From Octopus sinensis (lineage: Eukaryota): a DNA stretch of 64,000 bases. The stretch lies in NCBI RefSeq assembly GCF_006345805.1, contig NC_043008.1, positions 9,362,001 to 9,426,000 on the forward strand. The letters are read 5' to 3'. Each line of letters starts with the position of its first letter. Positions within the stretch are counted from its first letter, which is position 1. Position numbers and translations under genes: made by a program. Below are positions 52,181 to 64,000 of the stretch, piece by piece. The notes beneath the pieces are model-generated. The model did no database searches and was not told where the DNA came from. It worked only from the letters and a program-made list of their open reading frames with translations.

Positions 52181-53552
52181 GCTTACAGTATGCATTTTCT
52201 ACTTAGGCAGAGATTTATAAAACTATTAAAACTATTGCCTTACTTAAGTGTCAAGTGCATAGAATGAGATTGTGTAACTTTATAGCTCAACTCAAAGACA
52301 TAAGCGGCCGAAGTAAAATAAATTACACAACTCAAAGGTATTTTGTCAAAACATTCTAACCTGATTTGAAGTTTTATTTTTGTTTTTTGTTTGACATGCT
52401 GAATCCAAACATGGAGTCCATTTTTTATCACCGCGTCTAAATTTCAAGATACCCAAGTGTGTGATATGCATGTACTTTAAAATAGTCAGTTTTCTCCTGG
52501 GCAACGAAGTGAATACACCAAATATCCACGGATGTCATTTTCAGATTCTGTGACTCAAAACCCCTTAATTTTAAGTTCAAAATGTTTGACAACAGAGGAA
52601 AAACGTTTTTGTTGGCCTGTCTTATCTTCCAGTGGAATCGAAATCATGTCACAGGATCTTGCTTCTGTATCTACAACGCTCCAGACACTTCCTTAAAATA
52701 TTAGTTTTCTTTGTTGTAAAGACAGTGAAACCTTAAGTTTTGGCTGGTAGGATAAATGGGGCCTACAATAATGTTCATATTTATTTCATCCACTATAAAC
52801 AAAGTAAATGAATTAGTACCGACCGAGAATCGAAACTGAGTCACAGGGGAATTTCCTATTGCTCAAAGGTGTTGCCTCTTCTCTCATGAACAATTAAGAA
52901 ATGGCTTATTTGCATATTATTGAAATGTGGTGAATGTCTTGGTATGTTTAATTCCCTAATGAATATAATTCGTATTTCCACATATAATTGCATTACAAAT
53001 TGACTGCGTAATTAATGTAGAAGAAAGATTCATCTCCATACACAGTCTTGAGAACAATTATAATTTCATTTTCTCCAAGGGAAATAATCGATGCTTAAAC
53101 AGTGTTTTGTTACATTTTGTTCGGTGGTGGTGGCTCAATTTGGTCTCTTTTTATTAATCGTAACAAAGAGCAGACTATTACGCCTCGCAGCCATCGATTT
53201 TGCATTCTCGGCGAAATAGTTGCTGCCAATGTCTCCAGTTTAAAGAAATATTTTTAATAGCTTCATTAATTTATTGATTTATTTCGATTCTCAATGCCTC
53301 CAAAGTTTCAATCAGCTTATGAAAGACGGTGATTAGATCTGGGTTCCAGGATATGAAAATAAAGTTAACTCTCACGGGTTTTGAACTTGAATCTCAAAGA
53401 GATCAAACTAAATACATTTAGATGATACTTTATTTTGTTGGCTATTTCTACCCCTTTCATCAGTCATCTAGGTTTCCTATACAGGCAAAAGGTCGGTGTT
53501 TTACGAATAGGAAAAGTAAAGACAATTTTACAGTTAATAGGGATTATCATTA

Positions 53553-53745
53553 GGGCAGCGAACTGGCAGAATTGTTAGCACACCGGGAGAAATGCTTAGC
53601 GGCATTTCGTCCGTCTTTACATTCTGAGTTCGACTTTACTTATCAGCCTTTCAGAGTCGATAAAATAAGCACCAGTTGAGCAGGAGGGTCGATGTAATTG
53701 ATTTACCCCTCACCCGAACTTGCTAGCTTTGTGTCAAAAATTTGG
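53553..53745 (+). mobile_element. SINE family A
   Basis: gcgaactggcagaattgttagc..gtcgataaaataagcaccagttg. Confidence 0.8.
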
Positions 53746-53749
53746 GATC

Positions 53750-54291
53750 TTTACCTTTTGACCTACAGATTTAAAAAATAATTTTTTATAACTAAGCACT
53801 TTCAAACTTCGGACACTGGTAGAATGTGTCATATAAAACATCTTTTACTCTTAGCATTTTTGAGAAAAACTTATAGTTACGAAGTTATTTCACGTTAAAG
53901 TTGTCCTATTTCGGTAATTTCAACCAATCAATGACGTGTATTCAGCTGAATAAAGATACTGCTGTTTTTTGTCAACAAGAACTTCTGGCGGTGTATATTT
54001 CGTTTGTCCCACCGTCCCATAGGTCTCCCCTTTGACAAACACTCATTTAACCTAAATTTGAGACACCAGCAGAAGAAGAAATAAAGATAGACTTTTTTCT
54101 ATTCTAAAGAATGCTTTATCGATCGCATTCTCACCTGGAATCGATTTTTGTAATTTTTTCAAGACTTATACATGCCCTGATATTGTCGGTATCTACATAT
54201 CAAATTTGAGCGCAATCGGATGGAGGATGCCCGAGATCCTAGAAGACACACACACACAGACAGACAGAGAGAACGGATTTTATATAATAGA
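53750..54291 (-). mobile_element. Non-autonomous Helitron-like element
   Basis: Minus 5' end A|TCTATTATATAAAA, then a (CTGT)/(GT) microsatellite and ccgattgcgctcaaatttga, typical of small Helitrons. Shares atttcaaccaatcaat with ~14660-14685. Confidence 0.6.
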
Positions 54292-55045
54292 TGAGGGAGA
54301 TTTGTTTCTTTTTGTGGTAGGTTGAGCAACTATGCAAATAGTCTCCGTTGGTTCTAAAAATAAGATTTTTTATCGAAAAAAAGCCAAATCTTTAAGTATA
54401 AAAAATTTCTCTTAATTTGTTCATTTGTCACACAAAGAAATTGAATAAAAAGCTTTCCTGAAAAACTTGCTGATGCGGAACATTTTTGTAAGTTTATAGA
54501 CACTCTTAAGAAAAAGAAAAAAAAACGATTTGTCCATCCATCTTGTAGAATTGTTTAAATATCCCCAAAACTTATTCAATTCTTTAATCTTAGTATTGTA
54601 TTGCTTTTTTTTTTCTTTTTCTTGGCCTGATCGAGTCTAGCAATGATCTAAATTATTCTGCCATGACCAACTTATTTTACTTTCAGGCATCATATATCTA
54701 ATATATTATCCTCGCTTTCTTGAACAGTAGAGAATTATTGAAGGAAGATTTAGCCGCTGTTTCTAGCAGCTTACGCTACCATGTAGAAGCGCTAACATTT
54801 CCCCCCCATTTCTAATATTTATGGTTTATAAGTTCAAAGACAGGACGCAAACAGCGCTTAATAGTTAATATGTTCTCTTCGAAATCCTGAGCCGTAAGTT
54901 CAATCCCACACGGTAGCACCTCTGTCATCAAGTATATTTTACCTTAATCTCAGATTGACCCAAATTTTGTGATTGAAATTAGGTGGCTAAAAACTGTGTG
55001 GAGTCTCGTCAGCTGTATTGTTCCTGAAATTCTAAGATCCAGTCT

Positions 55046-55290
55046 ATTTCTTTACTACCCACAAGGCGCTAAACACCAGGTGCTAAACACAAAGAGGACA
55101 AACAAGGAGAGACAAACGGATTAAGTCGATTACATCAACCCCAGTGCGTAACTGGTACTTATTTAATCGACCCGAAAGGATGAAAGGCAAAGTCGACCTC
55201 GGCGGAATTTGAACTCAGAACGTAACGGCAGACGAAATACCGCTTGGCATTTCATCCGGCGTGCTTAACGATTCTGCCAGCTGGCCGCCT
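55046..55290 (-). mobile_element. SINE family A2 with 21-bp perfect TSD
   Basis: TSD tgaaattctaagatccagtct at 55025-55045 and 55291-55311. Confidence 0.95.
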
Positions 55291-55377
55291 TGAAATTCTA
55301 AGATCCAGTCTCGTCATGTATTGTATTAAAGGTGCAAACGTCTACGGAATACTCACCCACTTACATGTTAATTACGT

Positions 55378-55602
55378 TTCAAATTTTGGCACTAGGCCAG
55401 CGATTTCGTCGAAGGGGTAAGTCGATAACATAGAGATTCCAGTGATCAACTGGTACTTACTTTATCGACCCCGAAAGTATGACGTCGGGAGTAGAAAAGT
55501 AAAGTCGACGTCGGCGGAATCTGAACTCAAAACCTAAGGAGGGACGAATAACCCCCCAAACGTTTCGCCCAGCATGCTAACGATTCTACCAGCTAGCTGC
55601 CT
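55378..55602 (-). mobile_element. SINE family A with ~11-bp TSD
   Basis: acttacatgtt at 55359-55369 and 55605-55615. Confidence 0.85.
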
Positions 55603-55693
55603 TTACTTACATGTTTATTTAATGAGTTCAGTTAAACAACGGAATGCCCATCGTAGAGATTGGTGAAGGATCCGTCTTCTTCAGACATATTCT

Positions 55694-56088
55694 ATTCTAC
55701 TTTAGGCACAAGGCCCGAAATTTTACGGGAGGGGTGCAGTCGATTAGATCGACTCCAGTACGCACTGGTACTTAATTCATTGACCCCTAAAGGATGAAAG
55801 GCAAAGTCGACCTAGGCGGAATTTGACCTCAGAACGTAAAGAAAGACGCAATACCTATTTCTTTACTACCCACAAGGGGCTACACACAGAGGGGACAAAC
55901 AAGGACAGACAAACGGATTAAGTCGATTATATCGACCCCAGTGCGTAATAGGTACTTATTTAATCGACCCCGAAAGAATGAAAGGCAAAGTCGACCTCGG
56001 TGGAATTTGAACTCAGAATGTAAAGAAAGACGAAAGACCACTAAGCATTTCGCCTGGCGTGCTAACGATTCTGCCAGCTCACCGCCTT
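55694..56088 (-). mobile_element. Dimeric SINE A2+A flanked by ~90-bp direct repeats
   Basis: Junction gcaatacc|tatttctttactacc at ~55855; flanks 55606-55693 and 56091-56183. Confidence 0.9.
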
Positions 56089-56559
56089 TTCTTACATGTT
56101 TATTTAACGAGTAAATAGTTCAGTTAAACAACAGAATGCTCATCGTGGAGATTGGTGAAGGATCCACCTTTTTCAGACATATTACTGCTCGACTGTATAC
56201 AACTAAACTAATCTGAAAACTTATGGACATCATCAATTCCTAGCTTCTCTCTTCTAAATATCTCGGGCCTCATAACGAGATAAACTATAAGATTTATTAT
56301 CGACACTTAGGTCCTTAATGTCTGAGATTTGAATTATTTATTTAATGCACTTGACATCTCTGCTTCAAGTTGCCGTTGATAAAGTAAATATATATACCGT
56401 AGGAAATGACTTATTACACTACTACCGCTACTACTATACACGTATATGTGTGTATACTCTGTATACACACACACACACACATATATATATACACACACAC
56501 ATATATATTTATATACACACACATACACAAACGAGAGAGAAAATACTCATTACATATTG

Positions 56560-56700
56560 GCTTCATATTTTGGTACAAGGCCAGCAATAGTTCGAGGTGG
56601 GTTGTAAGTCGATTACATCGACCCCCAGGGCTAAACTGGTGCTTGTTTTAACAATCCCGAAAAGATGAAAAGCAAAGTCGACCTCCGTGGAATTTGAACT
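56560..56700 (-). mobile_element. SINE family A 3' part
   Basis: ggtacaaggccagcaa..gtcgattacatcgacccc..gcaaagtcgacctcc. Confidence 0.7.
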
Positions 56701-56704
56701 GATA

Positions 56705-56975
56705 TGAGTAAGTGTCTTTTACAACAGCCTCGGGTCGACCAATACCTTGTGAGTAAATTTTGCATACGGAAACTGAATGGAAGCCCGTCTTGTGCGTGCG
56801 TGTATGTTTGTGTTTGTTTTCACCACCGTTTTGTAACTGGTATCGGATTGTTCCCATAACCTAGCGGTTTGGCAAAATAAGGAATAGGGTCGATATATTC
56901 GACAAAAATTCTTCAAAGCAGTGCTCCAGCATAGCCGCAATCCAATGACTCAAACAAATAAAAGGTGAAGAAAGT
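56705..56975 (+). mobile_element. SINE family H, 5'-truncated
   Basis: agtgtcttttac..gcctcgggtcgacc..cggaaactgaatggaagcccgtc..gtgctccagcatagccgca. Confidence 0.8.
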
Positions 56976-57129
56976 AAAATACTCAATAGAATTCGGAGCT
57001 TCGCAAACACTGAAAAATTTTCATTAAATCAGGTATTTTTAAAATTTCAAGAATCTCATGCCAAAAGTCGCATTTCTCGTTCAAAATCAGAAAATAAATC
57101 AACCATGACCCGTTGCTGACTCTCTATGT

Positions 57130-57329
57130 CAGCATTTCTCAACCGTGGCCCTCGGGGCCGCATGAAGCCTTCAAGCATCCTTTTGGCGGCTACCGGCGGT
57201 CTTTTTCCTATAGATATAATAAATTCTTTTTTTTTTTGTGTTTTCCCTTTTTTTTTTTTTGGTGCAGCCCCCTGAAAAAAATCCAGGTTTTGGATCTGGC
57301 CCAGATATTAAAAGGGTTAAGAACCCCTG
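57130..57329. mobile_element. hAT/Charlie-type MITE, 200 bp
   Basis: Imperfect TIRs cagcatttctcaacc / ggttaagaacccctg; the flanking 8-mers ctctatgt and ctctgtaa are partly duplicated. Confidence 0.6.
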
Positions 57330-57494
57330 CTCTGTAAAGTGCTCTCAGTTTCCGAAGGATGGTTTTGCTACACACAGTCCTGAATGCATGAGAAAATCTT
57401 TAGGCTGACTGTTAATCTTCATTCGTCAGTACGTTACAACCAGTTTTCTATGTACACAATATATCCCTGCCTTTGTCTCTTCTACAATAGCTAC

Positions 57495-57707
57495 AATGAT
57501 TAGGGGAAGTTTACGAAAAAAACAAAAGATGAAGACAGGTGATGTACAAAACAAACAGATGTATTAGTATAACGCTCAGGAATAGAAAAAGTCTTTTACG
57601 TTTCGAGCCTACGCTCTTCTACAGAAAGGGACACAGAAAAAACAAGGAGAGAAACAAGGAGAGAAAAAAATGTGTGTAGTGGCTAACGATCTATCATGGC
57701 GACTTAC
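57495..57707 (-). mobile_element. PLE-type terminal-repeat element
   Basis: Same family as 24780-24935 and 25235-25300. Confidence 0.7.
57593..57628 (-). ncRNA. Minimal type-I hammerhead-like motif, CUGUAGA core variant
   Basis: CUUU-CUGUAGA-A-GAGC(GUAG)GCUC-GAAA-CG-UA-AAAG: perfect stems I and II, palindromic ACGU. Confidence 0.6.
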
Positions 57708-58754
57708 CTGTATTACTAGATGTTACCGACTTCAAAGCTTACTTGTTTCCCCTTACTTTTCTTCTATTTCCCTCGTAAAATCTGTGCTAACTTTATCCAA
57801 ACCATTCTAGCGTAGACCCACCCACCACTTTAAGGAACTTTCCCGCCTCCGTTCTCCTCATTTTATACATTGACCTGCGGACTTTCCAACCAAACATCAA
57901 TAGTTTTATTTCCACTTAGTCTTGTAGGCTTTGTAGAAACTATGGCACCACCCTGCTTTCCTAATAAAGATAGACTTGACATGTTACAACAGTCAATTTC
58001 TTTCATAACTGATTATTGTGGGCATAATTAAGCCATGGCTCGCACGTCTGCAAGTATTTCGGCGATACACAACCAACAGTAGCCTGAAGTACATTAGAGC
58101 ATCTCCAGTTTGTTTGACTTCTTTTATACAATTCTTCTTTCAACAACATTACCATTTTATTTCCTTCACTTTCTAAACATAATGATTAATCGATGAAAGT
58201 ATCTCGGTGCAACGACAGCAGTCCGTAATTCCATAGATTCCTTCTTTAAACATCAGATTAAATCCGAGCCAATCAGTCAACAGAGCCATTGATTGCTGCC
58301 GTCTTATTCTGTGAATTAACAACTTTATTATAGTTTAAGGATAGTAGAGAAATAGTTCGACTTACATTTTTGGATCGATTTATGTTTAGCTTTTCGTTTC
58401 TACTTTTTATTGATCTTGCTCTATTTCTTTTAATGCATAATTGGACCAGAAACGATGTAATTAGGGCAGATTATGGAATGTACAAACATAAGGACATAGC
58501 CGCACGCACACAGACAAGCATAGGTACACGCACACGCTCGCAGGCAAGCACGCACGTACGCACGGACGCACGCAGAGTCTGTTTTCACATAATTTTTACA
58601 GAACACGTTATCAGCCCTCCCTAAATCCAAGCAGCTCATGAATATTGCAGAACAATTATGTATGCGTGTTCCAGTGATATTTCTGGTTTCCTCATTTGAG
58701 GAAAATCTCAAGAACACCGAAAGATACAAATATGAACGGTAGCATTATATAATC

Positions 58755-58920
58755 TTCTCTACTCTAGGTACAAAGTCCCAAATTTGGGTGGGGCAAAGTC
58801 GGCCTCAGCGGAATTTGAACTCAGAACGTAAACACAGGCGTGCTAACGTTTCTTATTTCTTCATTGCCCACAAGGGGCTAAACAGAGAGGGGACAAACAA
58901 GGACAGACAAAGGGATTAAA
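58755..58920 (-). mobile_element. Internally deleted SINE A joined to an A2 tail
   Basis: ggtacaaagtcccaaatt..gaactcagaacg..gctaacgtttct|tatttcttcattgcccacaagggg. Confidence 0.75.
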
Positions 58921-58924
58921 ATTT

Positions 58925-59200
58925 CATTTATCAATGTTAAGTACCATTACAATCAACACATTGTTGCCAACGAGTTACAAGTTTGTTTATTCCGTTAACA
59001 CAAAAATCTGGAGTTCTGGAACTGATGAACTCTTTGAACGCACTTTCAGCATCGGTTTGATTTTTGAACTCCTCTCGCAGGAAACCATCAAGGTGCTTGA
59101 AATAGTGGTAGTCGGTAGGAGAAATGTATGGGGAATAAACTGGGTGGGGAAGAACTTCGTAGCCAAGTCCCCTCAACTTCTGAAATATCATTAGTGAAAC
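58925..59200 (-). mobile_element. Mariner transposase C-terminal fragment
   Basis: ORF 58937-59191: LGYEVLPHPVYSPYISPTDYHYFKHLDGFL..FKEFISSRTPDFCVNGINKLVTRWQQCVDCNGT, containing the YSPDL motif region. Confidence 0.9.
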
Positions 59201-59859
59201 ATCGTGAGTTGCAGTGTGTTGCTGAATGAATATGTATTTCTCGGGAGAGTCTATTATTGCACATGAAGTTTTAACTGTATTGGTCTTTTACAAATAATAA
59301 CTGCAATAGTTAAATACTGAGAGAGACATATTCTGCTTGGAGTTTACTGATATAGCAATCTGTGGCTGGCCCATCATAACTGAAAACAATTGTGCTATAT
59401 TCGTGTCGGGGAAGATTCCTGTAGACTATCGGCCATCTGCCTTAACCGTCTGGTTGTGGTGAGAGTGTGGACACAACTTGCAACTGCCTCAACATTTGGC
59501 ACTTTGTCTCAGCCGTTTACGGGGTCCGTCTGGCTAGAGTGGAAACGTATATCGCTCAGACGTCTTCTCACGCTCTGCAATTATTTACCGCCAAAAGCGG
59601 TTTCATATAGAGTACAAGCAGAAAATTCTAGAAAATTGGATCACGCGATGGCTTGACGCTGATTGGTTACTTAATAGACCGATCACGTGAAAGTATTGAC
59701 GTTTGCACGTGATGTTTGACTGATACACGTCTAAAACATAGCAAAGAGAATCAAAGTGATGATTCACTGCGTATCCAGGAATATGTATAAAAGAAAATAA
59801 TTCTGGATAAGAAATTACTGGACTAAAGACAAAAAAAAAAAAAGACAGTGGCTGCAATT

Positions 59860-60800
59860 TTTGTGGTTGTTGCGGTGATGTTAATCCAGTCTATTGCAAT
59901 GGCGACGTTTCTCTCTTAACGTTGCAGACGTGTAGCCAAGTTTCAGCAACTGCAATGACAAATTTCCTATTTGCATTCGAACGATAAACAGTTCTTTATT
60001 TCAATTTCTTTTCTTCATCTGCCAACAATTCTTAACAGCAACACGATGCGTCTTCAATTATTTTATTAAAACCATATAGAAAGCACTTTTAAAGGGGCCA
60101 ACTTTTCGAAAAAAACTTTACGAACACACTGGTAAACGACTTTTCTTTTGTGGAGGCGCAATGGCCCAGTGGTTAGGGCAGCGGACTCGCGGTCATAGGA
60201 TCGCGGTTTCGATCGCGGTTTATTGAGCGAAAACACCTAAAAGCTCCACGAGGCTCCGGCAGGGGATGGTGGTGATCCCTGCTGTACTCTTTCACCACAA
60301 CTTTCTCTCACTCTTACTTCCTGTTTCTGTTGTACCTGTATTTCAAGGGGCCGGCCTTGTCACTCTGTGTCACGCTGAATATCCCCGAGAACTACGTTAA
60401 GGGTGCACGTGCCTGTGGAGTGCTCAGCCACTTACACGTTAATTTCACGAGCAGGCTGTTCCGTTGATTCGGATCAACCGGAACCCTCATCGTCGTAACC
60501 GACGGAATACTTCCACAAACGAATTTTTACGAATAACAGGCTGCACTTTCGCAATGGGCTGACGTTCGCAGTCTGGAAGGTCGGCCACGTTTGAGATCGT
60601 CTTCAATCGATGACCTTTCTCATTTGAAATGCTATTCATGATAACACAGCGCCAAACAATCTTCCTGTAGAACCATCGCAGCGTTTGATCAGTCGAATTT
60701 TAATTCGGAACAGAACATCGCACAAACAAGCTTCTCTTCCAAAATGAATTCGCTGTTCAAAATGTTCACTCTAGCATGTGTGATAGATGACTAACTAATG
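59860..60800 (-). mobile_element. Highly decayed Tc1/mariner fragment split by a SINE
   Basis: Minus KFVIAVAETWLHVCNVKRE resembles IVTGDETWLH..; an upstream HTH-like remnant is weak. Confidence 0.4.
60146..60516 (+). mobile_element. SINE family G (tRNA-derived) with ~11-bp TSD
   Basis: A-box tggcccagtgg and ggtttcgat B-box (partly duplicated); TSD aaacga(c/a)tttt at 60134-60144 and 60517-60527. Confidence 0.8.
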
Positions 60801-60919
60801 TACCATGATGTGGTTAGTATTAGATTGAAGGTCACAACCACTTAGACACAGCACAGCTGTCACCATCACGCTGTACCGGATGGTGTTTTAACAGACGAAA
60901 TTCTTTTTGGACAAAATTC

Positions 60920-61435
<516 letters not shown>

Positions 61436-61488
61436 CATTACATTTCTAAATATCTCAGAGAGATATGAGCGGTGGTGGACGATAGAGC

Positions 61489-61936
61489 GGTTGTATACTG
61501 TCAACATAACGTGACAGTCCCGTAAAGGGAATCACACCACCGCTATTTAACCCTAGGAAGCATCGACGCTTCCTGTCGGCTTTGACACATTTCCTGTGTC
61601 CTTATATTTGCGAAGATATTTAGAAATTTTATATTTCTAATTTTGGTGATCTATGAATAAACTTCACTGAAAATATATATATATAGTTGCGAAGGCTTTA
61701 CAAGTATCTTCAACTAGTAGGCCATGCTACACCAGACTGATGACGAGCAAGACTCACAAACATGCATGTCTCTAGATGCTGGCCTAGCTGTTGGGGGTAC
61801 TTGTCTCCCCTTCGCAAATATAAGGACACAGGAAATGTGTCAAAGCCGACAGGAAGCGTCGATGCTTCCTAGGGCTAAACAGCGGTGGTATGATTCCCTT
61901 TACGGGACTGTCACGTTATGTTGACAGTATACAACC
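61489..61936. mobile_element. Foldback element: 127-bp inverted repeats around a hammerhead-like motif
   Basis: Arms 61489-61615 / 61810-61936 with 3 mismatches. Confidence 0.8.
61734..61773 (+). ncRNA. Type-I hammerhead-like motif with damaged GAAA
   Basis: AGA-CUGAUGA-C-GAG(CAAGA)CUC-ACAAA-CAUGCAUG-UC-UCU: palindromic stem III, GUC triplet. Confidence 0.5.
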
Positions 61937-61943
61937 ACTCTCA

Positions 61944-62042
<99 letters not shown>

Positions 62043-62048
62043 AGTAAG

Positions 62049-62080
62049 GATAATATCGATATTTAAATATCGATATTATC
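62049..62080. repeat. Perfect 32-bp palindrome
   Basis: gataatatcgatatttaaatatcgatattatc equals its own reverse complement. Confidence 0.95.
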
Positions 62081-62135
62081 AAGTGGCCAGCATGGAAAAA
62101 ATACCATACAACGGTAATAATTTTCTACAACTAAT

Positions 62136-62251
62136 AATAAGGGTGTCTGAGAGACACCACCATGCCGAAATAGCAGTCAAATCCCCGACTCTAAAAACCA
62201 AGGGATTTGACTGCTATTTCGGCATAGTGGTGTCTCTCAGACACCCTTATT
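62136..62251. repeat. 50-bp inverted repeat (1 mismatch, 16-nt loop)
   Basis: 62136-62185 / 62202-62251; shares (a)aatagcagtcaaa with family D. Confidence 0.9.
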
Positions 62252-62256
62252 TTTAG

Positions 62257-62329
<73 letters not shown>

Positions 62330-62344
62330 TATATATATTAATAA

Positions 62345-63070
62345 TAATATAGGGTGAAATTAATTAATTTGGAATAATCATTAATTTCACCAAGTAGATT
62401 TCGGCATGTAAAAGCCCCATTCAAGGAAGGCTTAAGTAATACTAAGTAATTAAGGGTTTAGCAACGATTTGCCTCACCACACACCGAATTTAGAAATAGC
62501 AGTCAAAGAGTTATGGCTATTCTTTCTACTTAAAAGGGAGATCCCAGTAAAACCACAGCACTTAAAAGGCAAACAACGCAGGCAAGAGAGAAAGAAATGA
62601 CGACAATCATTCTACATTAAGTCACCTACGGACGTACTTTTCGAAATTAAGTCATAGAAAAGCATAAAAATTAAATAATTATGTCTTACCTAACTATTTT
62701 TCTCTTCAGCGTAGGACTCTTCAATTATAAATAATTGTGTATTAAATTTGGAGGCACTAGAAGACATCACCTCAACTCATGGTATCATTACCAGTACCAC
62801 CAAATTCAAAGGGTGAATGAAAGTATATCACCATCCTCCTCCCACCAGCGTGCTGCCAGAATAAGATGCCACGGTTATTTACTGGGATGAAATATAATTA
62901 TCAATATTAATATTTCTTTCTTTCTTGCCTGCGTTGTTTGCCTTTTAAGTGCTGTGGTTTTACAGGGATCTCCCTTTTAAGTAGAAAGAATAGCCATAAC
63001 TCTTTGACTGCTATTTCTAAATTCGGTGTGTGGTGAGGCAAATCGTTGCTAAACCCTTAATTACTTAGTA
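62345..63070. mobile_element. Family D foldback element with ~159-bp inverted repeats
   Basis: Arms 62440-62598 / 62912-63070 with 2 mismatches; (TA)n on both sides. Confidence 0.85.
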
Positions 63071-63189
63071 TATATATATATATATTAATTAATTAATTAA
63101 TTAATTACTATACCATATTATGGTTGTAATTTATCTCCTCTACAATAATTCCAACCGATATATAATGCATATCTACATACATCCGTCTG

Positions 63190-63260
<71 letters not shown>

Positions 63261-64000
63261 TATATATATCAAACATAAAAAAACGTACATGGAAAACAAG
63301 AAAAGGACGTACACAGAGACCAATACAAACACACACAAGCATATTACACGTGCACGCACACACACACACACTCACACACATACACAAAGCACAATAATGG
63401 CGGTACACATTTCCTTTGTACCGTTTATCAGAAAATGATTCCTTCCGTTTATTCTCCATTGCTTAATTATTCATCATTTATTTGTTAGGCCTTGGAAATT
63501 CAACGGAAAACATGACATTACTCTTTTACAACAGATTTCCTTTGATTAATCGACCCGCCTCCACCGCTACCACGAGTCCTTAGAATAAACAAAGAACTAC
63601 CACCAACGCAGGAATCAACAACATCACACCAGTCGCAAAGAAACAGACGTCATCACTGCCGCCATCACCACAACCGTTATTGACTAATAGCACCATTAAC
63701 CAATACCACCACTCCAATAACAAAGAAACAAAAGTTACCACCAACTAGCATCACAAAAGACCGTGACCAAATGTAACAATTATATTTTGAATGTTGAAAA
63801 TTACGAAGAGAATGGCCACGTTCAGTTTTCCAAAGAGTTGAATGACAATTTAAAAAAATATTAATTTTAATCAAATAAAAAGGAAAATTCTCCACTGCCA
63901 TCTTCGTAGCACTACCACTACGTCCATTACCACTGTAGCGGTGGTTCGAAACCTAACCGCTTGATAACCTGCCATCCATCACGACTAAACTACAGTAGTT

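Noticed and set aside
53170-53230. Imperfect hairpin
   Set aside because: Only about 14 bp with bulges; not pre-miRNA quality.
59390-59656. 88-aa ORF in a higher-GC island
   Set aside because: GTG start, no recognisable motif or splice structure.
62141-62185. Possible hammerhead (CUGAGAG..GCCGAAA..GUC) in the 50-bp hairpin
   Set aside because: The core needs an insertion and stem II does not form.

Overview
AT-rich, microsatellite-saturated eukaryotic non-coding DNA. It is most likely an octopus (coleoid cephalopod) genome; this is an inference from the SINE families and repeat style, not from a database match. I can support no intact host protein-coding gene, rRNA, true tRNA or CRISPR array. 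Nearly all listed ORFs are read-throughs of simple repeats or of decayed transposons. The window is a layered transposon graveyard. It holds about 30 tRNA-derived SINE copies in at least 5 families, with several clean target-site duplications. It also holds three decayed Penelope-like elements (PLE; RT and GIY-YIG remnants) and many short PLE terminal-repeat fragments. Five 5'-truncated R4/Dong-type restriction-like-endonuclease LINEs all sit in (TAA)n tracts. There are also RTE LINE tails, a Helitron RepHel fragment, two non-autonomous Helitron/Helentron-like elements, mariner fragments and a hAT MITE. The most interesting signal is a dense set of about a dozen minimal type-I hammerhead-ribozyme-like motifs in PLE-derived, (TA)n-embedded elements. 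Two families repeat the same non-canonical core change (U4C; A6U) in independent copies. Many of these elements form long, near-perfect inverted repeats (24.8-27.1 kb, 38.5 kb, 61.5-63.1 kb).
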